Assembly (NCBI GenBank): GCA_031386655.1
Contig: JANNCO010000044.1
Coordinates: 1 to 55,825, forward strand
Reading direction: 5' to 3'
DNA from: Polaromonas sp.
GTDB taxonomy: Bacteria > Pseudomonadota > Gammaproteobacteria > Burkholderiales > Burkholderiaceae_C
Length of the DNA stretch: 55,825 nucleotides
Part shown: piece by piece, positions 48,364-55,825 of the stretch
Layout of the letters: each line of letters opens with the position of its first letter
Position numbering within the stretch: position 1 is the stretch's first letter
Notes under the pieces: model-generated
What the model was told of the DNA's origin: nothing
What the model saw: the letters and a program-made list of their open reading frames with translations, nothing else
Databases searched by the model: none
Translations under genes and position numbers: made by a program

Positions 48364-49113
48364 CTATTTTGAGCCTCTGGCGCTTGATTTACCTGCTCGA
48401 GCAGCTATTTTTTTAGTAGCATTGGATTTTTTGGCAGGTTTTCTGGCGGGTTGGGTAGCGGGCGGCGTGGTCATGCGCTGCATGGTGTGTGATGCCGCAG
48501 CACTGGCTGTTTTGGCCATCTGGCCAGCCGTACTTTTGGCGGTGTTAAAAGCGGTTTGGGTCATGGCTTTGGCCATGTTTTTAGTGGTGTCGATGGCGGT
48601 TTGCTGAGCAGCGTCTTTCATGGCGCTGGCGGCAATTTGGCCAAACTGCTGGGTCAGCGACCCCCACCACTGCATCGGGTCAATCAAGCCATTGGCATCG
48701 GGGGTCAAACCAGATTTAGATTTTTTGCCAGCCGCTGCTGGCCCTGAGACAACGTCAGCCATGCGGTCTTTGGCGCCGCTGACGGCGCTGGCTACGGTAT
48801 CAGCAGCTTTGAGCTTGAACGCGTTGGCTACATCGCCCATATTAAAATTCATGCCTTTGAGCGTGGCCAGTGTCATCTTTTGCACTTCCAGTGCAGTGAC
48901 GGTAGCGCTGAGTGCCTTGGCATTTTGGTCCAACCAAAATTGCACCGCTTTGAGCTCGGCAATGCGTTTGTCCAGCTCTTCCACATTCAAGGTGGGTGCG
49001 ACCCAATTGGCGGGGTTGGGCAGCTGGGGAATATTGCTGGCGGCACCTTTGGCAAGATTTTGCAAAAAATCAAAGCCTGGGACAAATTTGCCAAATGGGT
49101 TAGCGTCGCTCAT
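48364..49113 (-). CDS. phaM: PhaM-family PHA-granule-associated multifunctional protein
   Basis: N-terminus MSDANPFGKFVPGFDFLQNL...LKAVQFWLDQN...LEVQKMTLATLK and a Lys/Ala-rich C-terminal tail (PARKPAKKSNATKKIAARAGK). Confidence 0.7.
   Translation of the reverse strand: MSDANPFGKFVPGFDFLQNLAKGAASNIPQLPNPANWVAPTLNVEELDKRIAELKAVQFWLDQNAKALSATVTALEVQKMTLATLKGMNFNMGDVANAFKLKAADTVASAVSGAKDRMADVVSGPAAAGKKSKSGLTPDANGLIDPMQWWGSLTQQFGQIAASAMKDAAQQTAIDTTKNMAKAMTQTAFNTAKSTAGQMAKTASAAASHTMQRMTTPPATQPARKPAKKSNATKKIAARAGKSSARGSK
48386..48420 (-). repeat. Dispersed repeat, copy H, forming part of the phaM 3' coding end
   Basis: Read on the minus strand as GCTACTAAAAAAATAGCTGCTCGAGCAGGTAAATC. The core has one change (TTGAG to TCGAG). 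It encodes ATKKIAARAGKS. Confidence 0.65.
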
Positions 49114-49237
49114 GGTGTGCTCCGATTTGTATTGAGTTTATACAAGTACAGCTTACCGCACATTACCGCTAAAAACCATAGCAAAAAGCCATGACAAGCT
49201 GATGCCTGTCATGGCTTGTGGCAAAAACCGAAAAAGT

Positions 49238-49468
49238 TTATTGCTTGGGTGCGCTGGAACCGTCCATTGGCGCAGGGCTGGAGGTGCTGCTGCCTGAGGT
49301 GCTGCTGCCTGAGGTGCTGGAAGGATTGCCCATGCCAGATTTTGGTGGCTCGCCGCATGCAGACAGTACCAGTGCCAATGCTGCAGCAGTGGCTGCAAAA
49401 GCGACAGGCCTTAACGCATGGTCTTTGCGTGGGAAAGAAGATGCGTGTTGTGTGAATGTATTTCGCAT
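49238..49468 (-). CDS. Small lipoprotein with Ser/Thr/Gly low-complexity tail
   Basis: Signal peptide and lipobox ...AAALALVLSAC, then GEPPKSGMGNPSSTSGSSTSGSSTSSPAP... Confidence 0.5.
   Translation of the reverse strand: MRNTFTQHASSFPRKDHALRPVAFAATAAALALVLSACGEPPKSGMGNPSSTSGSSTSGSSTSSPAPMDGSSAPKQ
49281..49320. repeat. 15-bp tandem repeat, about 2.7 units (GAGGTGCTGCTGCCT), inside the lipoprotein gene
   Basis: Two exact units at 49281-49295 and 49296-49310 plus a partial third. Encodes the reiterated (S)STSGS motif. Confidence 0.75.
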
Positions 49469-49489
49469 GAAAAAAGCCTTTAGAAGAAA

Positions 49490-49525
49490 AAAATTAAATA
49501 GCTGCGTCTATCGCATTGATAACGC
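49490..49525 (+). repeat. Variant copy (G) of the repeat: AAATTAAATAGCTGC header plus a different hairpin
   Basis: The header matches the family. It is followed by GCGT(C)TATC-GCATT-GATAACGC instead of the TTGAGCAGG core. Confidence 0.45.
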
Positions 49526-49551
49526 AAAGTAATGATTAAAAGTCAAATCGA

Positions 49552-49586
49552 CAGGGAATGAAAAACCGAATTAGTCAAATTCCCTG
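49552..49586 (-). terminator. Stem-loop CAGGGAAT-N19-ATTCCCTG downstream of the Pro-rich lipoprotein gene
   Basis: Perfect 8-bp stem 12 nt beyond the stop codon at 49598-49600 (minus strand). Confidence 0.35.
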
Positions 49587-49597
49587 CCAGCGCTGAA

Positions 49598-49870
49598 CTA
49601 GGGCTTGGTGCCTGCGCCGCCAGGTGCACTAGCGCCGCCACTGGGGGGAGGTGCCGACATACCACCACCGGCTGGCGTATCGGTAGGTGGTGGGCTGGAA
49701 GGCGACGGCGGGGCTGACGGTGGCGCAGACAGAGGCGGCGGCGTGCCACCCGTATCGGCACCTGCTGGGCCAGTTTTGCCAGCGTCCTTACAGCCCGTCA
49801 ACGCCACCAATGCCAGCATGGCGATCGTCAGCCCTAGCAAGCTTAGTGCTCTGGACAGCCAAGATGACAT
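49598..49870 (-). CDS. Small lipoprotein with Pro-rich low-complexity tail
   Basis: The internal ATG gives MSSWLSRALSLLGLTIAMLALVALTGC (lipobox), then ...TPPPLSAPPSAPPSPSSPPPTDTP... The ORF track extends to a GTG at 49954. Confidence 0.5.
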   Translation of the reverse strand: MSSWLSRALSLLGLTIAMLALVALTGCKDAGKTGPAGADTGGTPPPLSAPPSAPPSPSSPPPTDTPAGGGMSAPPPSGGASAPGGAGTKP

Positions 49871-50074
49871 AAGGGTTTTGTGCGGCAGCTGTGCGCTGAT
49901 GCTATGCTGCGGTTGTTGGGTGTGTGTGTACGTATTCATGGCATAAAGGACCACTGTGAAGCGGCAGATAAGTTAGACAGGGTTAAACCTTAATGGCAAC
50001 ACCACCTTTGGCGCAAGCGGTTCTCACACACTGAGAGCAACGCTACACAATATTGCGCCATCGCTTAATTACGT

Positions 50075-50092
50075 TACTATTAATTGCATAGC
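50075..50092 (+). repeat. Fragment (I) of the repeat left module
   Basis: TACTATTAATTGCATAGC matches the reverse complement of copy A's inner flank (TACTATCAATTGCATAGC) at 17 of 18 positions, then diverges. Confidence 0.45.
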
Positions 50093-50242
50093 CGTACATG
50101 CTCTGTGGATGAGCTTTAAACGCTGAATGGATCAAACCCATATTTTCTTGGATGGTGTGCGCGTGCTGGCACAACGAACCCGGTAATAAGCCAACAAAGC
50201 AAAAACACAGCTCATAGCACTTCCAGCAGCGTTTTTAATAAC

Positions 50243-50293
50243 AAAACAGGCCACTAACCCAAGTAAAACCTGCTCAAGCAGCTATTAAATTTA
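50243..50293 (-). repeat. Dispersed multi-hairpin repeat, copy E (reverse orientation)
   Basis: AAAACAGGCCACTAACCCAAGTAAAACCTGCTCAAGCAGCTATTAAATTTA, core at 50269-50285. Its left module runs into the last codons and stop (..TL*) of the NUDIX gene. Confidence 0.8.
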
Positions 50294-50803
50294 TAGTGTT
50301 ACAGAGCTATCTGTCTGCACAGTGGCCAATGGATAGCGCTGGCCTTGAAGGTAATCTTCCATGCACCGCACCACCAGCGGGCTGCGGTGCCGGTGCGCGC
50401 TGTCGCGCACTTCTTGCGGCGTCAGCCACAGGGTGCGCACAATACCGTCGTCTAGCTGCAAGTGGCTTTGCGGGCCGCCCACTGTGCCGCAAAACGCAAA
50501 TCGCAGATACGTGATGTCTTGCGCCACATTGCCTGCAAGCGCAGCGCGTTGAAAACGATTGAGGTACACACCCACCAACGCTTGCGGTGTGAAATGGCAA
50601 GTGGTTTCTTCCAGCACCTCGCGCACGCAGCCGTCTTGTGGGCTTTCAAAGGGGTCTAAGTGGCCAGCGGGGTTGTTCAAGCGCAGGCCTTCGGGAGTGT
50701 GCTCTTCTACCAACAGAAATTTCCCATCGCGTTCGATCACGGCGGCCACGGTGACACTGGGTTTCCAGCGTTCATTTGAGGTGCTAACAGATACATCAGT
50801 CAT
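50291..50803 (-). CDS. NUDIX hydrolase
   Basis: Nudix box GHLDPFESPQDGCVREVLEETT. ATG at 50803 is preferred over the TTG at 50818. Confidence 0.85.
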   Translation of the reverse strand: MTDVSVSTSNERWKPSVTVAAVIERDGKFLLVEEHTPEGLRLNNPAGHLDPFESPQDGCVREVLEETTCHFTPQALVGVYLNRFQRAALAGNVAQDITYLRFAFCGTVGGPQSHLQLDDGIVRTLWLTPQEVRDSAHRHRSPLVVRCMEDYLQGQRYPLATVQTDSSVTL

Positions 50804-50934
50804 CCCCGCATTATGCAAATGGCTAGGCAGCTAATTCCAAACGCACCTAAACTTAAGGCTAACAGCCTTGTGAAATGTGCGTAAAGTCGTGTAAGCTGTG
50901 AGTCAATAATTAATTACCTTAGAGGAGACCAGCC

Positions 50935-52065
50935 ATGCGTGTGGGCGTACCGTCCGAGATACTGGCAGGCGAGACGAGGGTTGCCACAACCCCCGAAACC
51001 GTTAAAAAATTAACCGCCCAAGGGCACAGCATCGTAGTGCAAAGTGGTGCGGGCCTGGCCGCCAGCGTGACCGATGCTGCTTTTGAAGCCGCAGGCGCGC
51101 AGATAAGTGATGCCGCAGGTGCTTATGGCTGTGACCTCGTGCTGAAAGTGCGTGCGCCTGCTGCGTCGGAGGTGCCATTGCTTCAATCGGGCTCGACCGT
51201 TGTCGGCATGCTCAACCCATTTGATGCCGAAGGCCTGCAACGCTTGGCTACGGCTGGAGTGACCAGTTTTGCCCTAGAGGCTGCGCCCCGCACTACACGC
51301 GCGCAAAGCATGGATGTGCTCTCGTCGCAAGCTAACATTGCCGGCTACAAAGCCGTGATGATGGCCGCTGACAAATACCAGCGCTTTTTCCCCATGCTAA
51401 TGACCGCTGCTGGCACGGTGAAAGCCGCCCGCGTGGTCATACTGGGCGTGGGTGTGGCAGGTTTGCAAGCCATTGCCACCGCCAAGCGTTTAGGCGCAGT
51501 GATTGAGGCGTCAGACGTGCGGCCTAGCGTAAAAGAGCAAATTGAATCACTGGGCGGTAAATTTATTGACGTGTCCTACGACACGCCTGAAGAAAAAGAA
51601 GCCGCTGTCGGCGTGGGTGGCTATGCCAAACCCATGCCGCCCAGCTGGCTGGCGCGCCAAGCCATCGAGGTAGCCAAGCGCGTGGCGCTGGCCGACATTG
51701 TAATTTCTACCGCGTTGATTCCGGGCCGTGCAGCCCCCACTTTGATCACCGAAGACATGGTCAAATCGATGAAACCCGGCTCGGTGATTGTGGACATCGC
51801 GGCAGGCAAAGGCCCCGCAGGTGTAGGCGGCAACTGCCCCTTGTCCGAGGCCGATAAAACCGTCGTCAAACACGGCGTCACTATAGTGGGCGACACCAAT
51901 CTGCCTGCCTTGGTAGCCGCGGACTCGTCCGCCCTGTACGCGCGCAATGTGCTGGACTTTTTAAAGCTGATCTTGCCCAAAGAAGGCGGGATTAAAGTCG
52001 ATATGGAAGACGATATTGTGGCTGCGTGCTTGATGACGCAGGGCGGTGAAATTAAAAGGAAATAA
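50935..52065 (+). CDS. pntAA: NAD(P) transhydrogenase subunit alpha, part 1 (dI)
   Basis: 376 aa with an alanine-dehydrogenase-like fold and the VLGVGVAGLQAIATAKRLGA NAD motif. Confidence 0.93.
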   Translation: MRVGVPSEILAGETRVATTPETVKKLTAQGHSIVVQSGAGLAASVTDAAFEAAGAQISDAAGAYGCDLVLKVRAPAASEVPLLQSGSTVVGMLNPFDAEGLQRLATAGVTSFALEAAPRTTRAQSMDVLSSQANIAGYKAVMMAADKYQRFFPMLMTAAGTVKAARVVILGVGVAGLQAIATAKRLGAVIEASDVRPSVKEQIESLGGKFIDVSYDTPEEKEAAVGVGGYAKPMPPSWLARQAIEVAKRVALADIVISTALIPGRAAPTLITEDMVKSMKPGSVIVDIAAGKGPAGVGGNCPLSEADKTVVKHGVTIVGDTNLPALVAADSSALYARNVLDFLKLILPKEGGIKVDMEDDIVAACLMTQGGEIKRK

Positions 52066-52067
52066 TT

Positions 52068-52394
52068 ATGGACCTCGTATCCCCCACCATCCTCAACCTC
52101 ATCATCTTCGTGCTGGCCATTTACGTGGGCTACCACGTGGTGTGGACCGTGACGCCTGCACTGCACACACCGCTGATGGCGGTGACCAATGCCATCAGTG
52201 CCATCGTGATCGTGGGGGCCATGCTGGCCGCTGCGCTGACTGAAACCCCGCTGGGTAAAGCCATGGGCGTCATGGCTGTGGCACTGGCAGCGGTCAACGT
52301 GTTTGGCGGCTTCTTGGTGACACGCCGCATGCTAGAGATGTTTAGAAAAAAAGACAAGAAAGCCCCTGCGCAGATTGAAGGAGCAGGCAAATGA
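52068..52394 (+). CDS. pntAB: NAD(P) transhydrogenase subunit alpha, part 2 (membrane)
   Basis: 108-aa hydrophobic protein located between pntAA and pntB. Confidence 0.9.
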   Translation: MDLVSPTILNLIIFVLAIYVGYHVVWTVTPALHTPLMAVTNAISAIVIVGAMLAAALTETPLGKAMGVMAVALAAVNVFGGFLVTRRMLEMFRKKDKKAPAQIEGAGK

Positions 52395-53815
52395 GCATGA
52401 ACGTTGTTACGCTGCTGTATTTGGTAGCGTCTATTTGCTTTATCCAGGCGCTCAAGGGTTTGAGCCACCCCACCACGTCGATTCGCGGCAACTTGTTTGG
52501 CATGATCGGCATGACGATTGCGGTGCTAACCACAGGCGCGTTGATTGTGCAGATTGCCAGCGGCAATTTACTGGGTTTGGCCTGGGTGCTGCTGGGCGTT
52601 GTAATTGGCGGCGGCTATGGCGCGTACCGCGCAAAAACTGTCGAGATGACCAAAATGCCTGAGCTGGTGGCTTTTTTCCACAGCATGATCGGCTTGGCGG
52701 CGGTGTTTATTGCCATTGCGGCGGTGGTAGAACCCTGGGCTTTTCAGATTGCAGCCAAAGGCATGGCGATACCGGCAGGCAACCGGCTGGAGCTGGCGCT
52801 GGGCTCGGTGATTGGTGCGGTGACTTTCAGCGGTTCGGTCATTGCCTTTGGCAAATTGTCGGGCACCTATAAATTTCGCTTGTTTCAAGGTGCGCCCGTG
52901 CAATTTAGCGGGCAGCACAAACTCAACTTGGTGCTGGGCATTATTTTGCTGGGCAATATTGGCTTGTTTACTTTTACGGGCGAACCGGTGTATTTTGCTA
53001 TTGCCACCGCCATGGCCTTTGTCATGGGCGTGCTGATCATTATTCCCATTGGTGGGGCCGACATGCCGGTGGTGGTGTCGATGCTAAACAGCTACAGCGG
53101 CTGGGCCGCAGCAGGCATTGGGTTCAGCTTGAATAACAGCATGCTGATCATTGCGGGGTCGCTGGTGGGTTCATCGGGCGCTATCTTGTCCTACATCATG
53201 TGCAAGGCCATGAACCGCAGCTTCTTTAACGTGATCTTGGGCGGCTTTGGTGGCGAGGCTACGTCCGCCGTGGCAGGTGCCAAAGAGCAGCGCCCCGTAA
53301 AGAGCGGCAGCGCAGATGATGCTGCCTTTGTACTGGGCAATGCCGAGACCGTGGTGATCGTGCCTGGCTATGGCTTGGCGGTGGCGCGCGCGCAGCACGC
53401 GGTCAAAGAGCTGGCTGCCAAGCTGACGGCTAAAGGCATTAACGTGAAATACGCCATTCACCCCGTGGCAGGCCGCATGCCAGGCCATATGAATGTGTTG
53501 TTAGCCGAGGCCGAGGTGCCCTATGACCAAGTGTTTGAGATGGAAGACATCAACGGTGAGTTCGGCCAGGCCGACGTTGCCATTATTTTGGGCGCTAACG
53601 ATGTAGTGAACCCTGCTGCGCACACCAAAGGCAGCGCCATCTACGGCATGCCAATACTTGAAGCTTACAAGGCTAAAACTATCATTGTCAACAAACGCTC
53701 TATGGCTGCAGGTTACGCAGGTTTAGATAATGAATTGTTCTACATGGACAAAACCATGATGGTGTTTGGTGATGCCAAAAAAGTGATTGAAGACATGGTG
53801 AAAGCTGTAGAGTAA
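52391..53815 (+). CDS. pntB: NAD(P) transhydrogenase subunit beta
   Basis: 474 aa: a membrane domain plus a C-terminal dIII domain (VPGYGLAVARAQH, GANDVVNP). ATGA overlap with pntAB. Confidence 0.95.
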   Translation: MSMNVVTLLYLVASICFIQALKGLSHPTTSIRGNLFGMIGMTIAVLTTGALIVQIASGNLLGLAWVLLGVVIGGGYGAYRAKTVEMTKMPELVAFFHSMIGLAAVFIAIAAVVEPWAFQIAAKGMAIPAGNRLELALGSVIGAVTFSGSVIAFGKLSGTYKFRLFQGAPVQFSGQHKLNLVLGIILLGNIGLFTFTGEPVYFAIATAMAFVMGVLIIIPIGGADMPVVVSMLNSYSGWAAAGIGFSLNNSMLIIAGSLVGSSGAILSYIMCKAMNRSFFNVILGGFGGEATSAVAGAKEQRPVKSGSADDAAFVLGNAETVVIVPGYGLAVARAQHAVKELAAKLTAKGINVKYAIHPVAGRMPGHMNVLLAEAEVPYDQVFEMEDINGEFGQADVAIILGANDVVNPAAHTKGSAIYGMPILEAYKAKTIIVNKRSMAAGYAGLDNELFYMDKTMMVFGDAKKVIEDMVKAVE

Positions 53816-53849
53816 ACATTGCTTGCATCCAGTTTTGTGGTGCGGATGC

Positions 53850-53875
53850 TCCGCCAATCTCAGCGGATGGTTTTT
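53850..53875 (+). terminator. Candidate intrinsic terminator of the pnt operon
   Basis: TCCGC-CAATCTCA-GCGGA followed by TGGTTTTT. Preceded by a second stem GCATCC-N13-GGATGC (53825-53849). The stems are short. Confidence 0.4.
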
Positions 53876-53888
53876 AAAAGGTGCCAGG

Positions 53889-53912
53889 GTAAAGTGTCAC
53901 AGTAAAGTGTCA
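53889..53912 (+). promoter_or_regulatory. Direct repeat GTAAAGTGTCA x2 (13-bp period) upstream of fadD
   Basis: Two exact 11-mers at 53889-53899 and 53902-53912, about 110 nt upstream of the fadD ATG. Confidence 0.3.
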
Positions 53913-54021
53913 AAGCATTGAGGCGTTACGCTGCGCCACCCTAGGGAAAACCTAATGCGTCCCGCACCCGCTTGCAGACAAAATAGCGGGTTGTTTTACA
54001 CGCCCGAGTTTGGAGAAAATA

Positions 54022-55695
54022 ATGAGCAATCGCCCTTGGCTATCGTCTTATCCGCAAGGCGTGACTGCCGATATTGATGTTAGTCAGTACAGCAGTCTTG
54101 TGGGTTTGATGGAGGAGAGTTTTAAGAAGTACGCCCCGCGTGTGGCCTACAGCTTTATGGGCAAGGACACCACATTTGCGCAAACTGATTCACTCAGCAG
54201 TGCTTTTGCCAGCTACCTGCAAAACCTGGGGCTAGACAAAGGCGACCGTGTGGCCATCATGATGCCCAACACGCCGCAATACCCTATCACCGTAGCGGCT
54301 ATCTTGCGCGCAGGTTTTGTAGTGGTCAACGTCAACCCACTGTACACACCGCGCGAGCTGGAGCACCAACTCAAAGACTCGGGTGCTAAAGCCATTGTGA
54401 TTATTGAAAACTTTGCGACCACGCTGGAGCAGTGTATTAAAAACACGGGCGTCAAACATGTGGTGCTGGCAGCCATGGGCGACCGGCTAGGTTTGCTTAA
54501 AGGGGCGCTGGTGAACTACGTGGTGCGCAGCGTGAAAAAAATGGTACCCGCCTACAGCCTGCCAGGCGCAGTACGTTTTAACGAGGCCATTGCGCGCGGT
54601 ACCAGCGGCACACTGAAAAAACCAGAGCTTAAACCCGACGACGTGGCCGTACTGCAATACACCGGCGGCACCACGGGCGTGAGCAAAGGGGCTGTGCTGC
54701 TGCACCGCAATGTGATAGCCAATGTACTGCAATCCGAAGCGTGGAACGAGCCAGCACTCAGATCATTGGGTAACGAGCAGCCCGTGGGTGTAGTGGCACT
54801 GCCGCTGTACCACATCTTTGCTTTTACCGTGAACATGATGCTGGGGTTGCGCCAGGGAGCCAAAGGCATATTGATTCCCAACCCGCGCGATTTGGCTGCC
54901 GTGCTCAAAGAATTAGCCCAACACAAAATTCACACCTTCCCAGCTGTGAACACACTGTTCAATGGCCTGGCCAACCACCCTGACTTCAACACCGTGGACT
55001 GGAGCCACTTGAAAATATCGGTAGGCGGCGGCATGGCCGTGCAAGGTGCGGTGGCCAAGCTGTGGCTGGAAAAAACAGGCTGCTCCATCTGCGAAGGCTA
55101 TGGCCTGTCTGAGACATCACCTTCGGCCAGCTGCAACCCCACCACCAGCAAAGAATACACCGGAACCATCGGCCTACCGTTGCCCAACACCTGGATGAAG
55201 TGCCTGGACGACGACGGTGCAGAGGTGCCCACAGGCCAACCCGGCGAAATCGCCATCAAAGGCCCGCAAGTGATGGCGGGCTATTGGCAGCGGCCCGACG
55301 AGACAGCCAAGGTTATGACAGCCGATGGTTATTTTAAAAGTGGTGACATTGGCATTGTGGACGAACGCGGCTACTTCAAAATCGTAGACCGCAAGAAAGA
55401 CATGGTGCTGGTAAGCGGCTTTAACGTCTACCCTAACGAGGTAGAAGACGTCGTAGCACAGCTACCCGGTGTGATGGAATGCGCGGTGGTGGGTGTAGCC
55501 GACGACAAAACTGGCGAAGCTGTGAAACTGGTCATCGTAAAGAAAGACCCCACGCTGACCGAGGCGCAAGTGCGCGACTACTGCCGTACCAATTTGACGG
55601 GCTACAAGCAGCCCAAAGTAATCGAGTTTCGTACCGACTTGCCCAAGACGCCGGTAGGTAAAATATTGCGTCGTGAGTTGCGTGACAAGAAATAG
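54022..55695 (+). CDS. fadD: Long-chain-fatty-acid--CoA ligase
   Basis: MSNRPWLSSYPQGV N-terminus, LQYTGGTTGVSKGA AMP motif, YFKSGDIG and GKILRRELR. ATG at 54022 with GGAG upstream. Confidence 0.9.
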   Translation: MSNRPWLSSYPQGVTADIDVSQYSSLVGLMEESFKKYAPRVAYSFMGKDTTFAQTDSLSSAFASYLQNLGLDKGDRVAIMMPNTPQYPITVAAILRAGFVVVNVNPLYTPRELEHQLKDSGAKAIVIIENFATTLEQCIKNTGVKHVVLAAMGDRLGLLKGALVNYVVRSVKKMVPAYSLPGAVRFNEAIARGTSGTLKKPELKPDDVAVLQYTGGTTGVSKGAVLLHRNVIANVLQSEAWNEPALRSLGNEQPVGVVALPLYHIFAFTVNMMLGLRQGAKGILIPNPRDLAAVLKELAQHKIHTFPAVNTLFNGLANHPDFNTVDWSHLKISVGGGMAVQGAVAKLWLEKTGCSICEGYGLSETSPSASCNPTTSKEYTGTIGLPLPNTWMKCLDDDGAEVPTGQPGEIAIKGPQVMAGYWQRPDETAKVMTADGYFKSGDIGIVDERGYFKIVDRKKDMVLVSGFNVYPNEVEDVVAQLPGVMECAVVGVADDKTGEAVKLVIVKKDPTLTEAQVRDYCRTNLTGYKQPKVIEFRTDLPKTPVGKILRRELRDKK

Positions 55696-55825
55696 TGTTT
55701 GATTTTTCGGTATCGTGCGCTGCTGTGATTGAGTAGGTTGTTGAGGTTGGAAGATTAATGTTCCAACACCGTGAGCCGCAGCGATGAAGGAAGTCATGCT
55801 GCAAAATCTTACGAAAACACGCACG

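Noticed and set aside
55746-55767. GTTGGAA-N7-TTCCAAC downstream of fadD, which shares its half-sites with the LacI operator TTGGAACGTTCCAA.
   Set aside because: The half-site spacing (8 nt between TTGGAA and TTCCAA) is incompatible with a LacI-type operator. Its position after a stop codon fits a simple, weak stem-loop with no U-tract. The shared hexamers are probably coincidental.

Overview
This 55.8-kb window is a chromosomal segment whose gene content points to a betaproteobacterium. Bug/TTT transporters, a PhaM-type protein, split pntAA-pntAB-pntB and GtsA-type sugar binding proteins suggest Burkholderiales, probably Comamonadaceae-like; this placement is inference only. I support 49 protein-coding genes. 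I saw no rRNA, tRNA, CRISPR array, transposase, integrase or recognisable defence genes.

The backbone is central metabolism (glmS; tal-pgi-HAD; zwf-hexR; pntAB; fadD), a KefB/C-type antiporter, an Afu/Fbp-type ABC importer and a run of envelope and lipid genes.

Two gene blocks look compositionally lighter than their flanks. Hand GC counts of sampled 60-nt lines give about 35-50% inside the blocks and about 60-67% in the flanks.
- Block (i), 3.1-9.7 kb, lies directly downstream of glmS. It holds tctCBA plus a FAH-family enzyme, a ketopantoate-reductase-like enzyme and an oxalyl-CoA-synthetase-like ligase.
- Block (ii), 24.3-41.7 kb, is a LacI-family regulator with a perfect palindromic operator, facing a 14-gene plus-strand array. 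The array holds a Gfo/Idh/MocA oxidoreductase, a CoA-transferase, a crotonase, an ALDH, a CUT1 sugar ABC transporter with two paralogous binding proteins, two GMC flavoenzymes, an SDR, a DUF993-like protein and a UPF0303-like protein. This is the best candidate for an uncharacterised sugar or glycoside oxidation pathway.

The most unusual structural signal is a dispersed multi-hairpin repeat of about 50 nt with core ATAGCTGCTTGAGCAGG. At least 9 copies or fragments are present. Several abut stop codons, and several lie in frame inside coding sequence (pgi, the kefB/C-type gene, the phaM 3' end). A separate 145-bp long-armed inverted repeat lies between the convergent kefB/C-type and MBL genes.

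All functional calls come from motif recognition by eye; no database search was possible.
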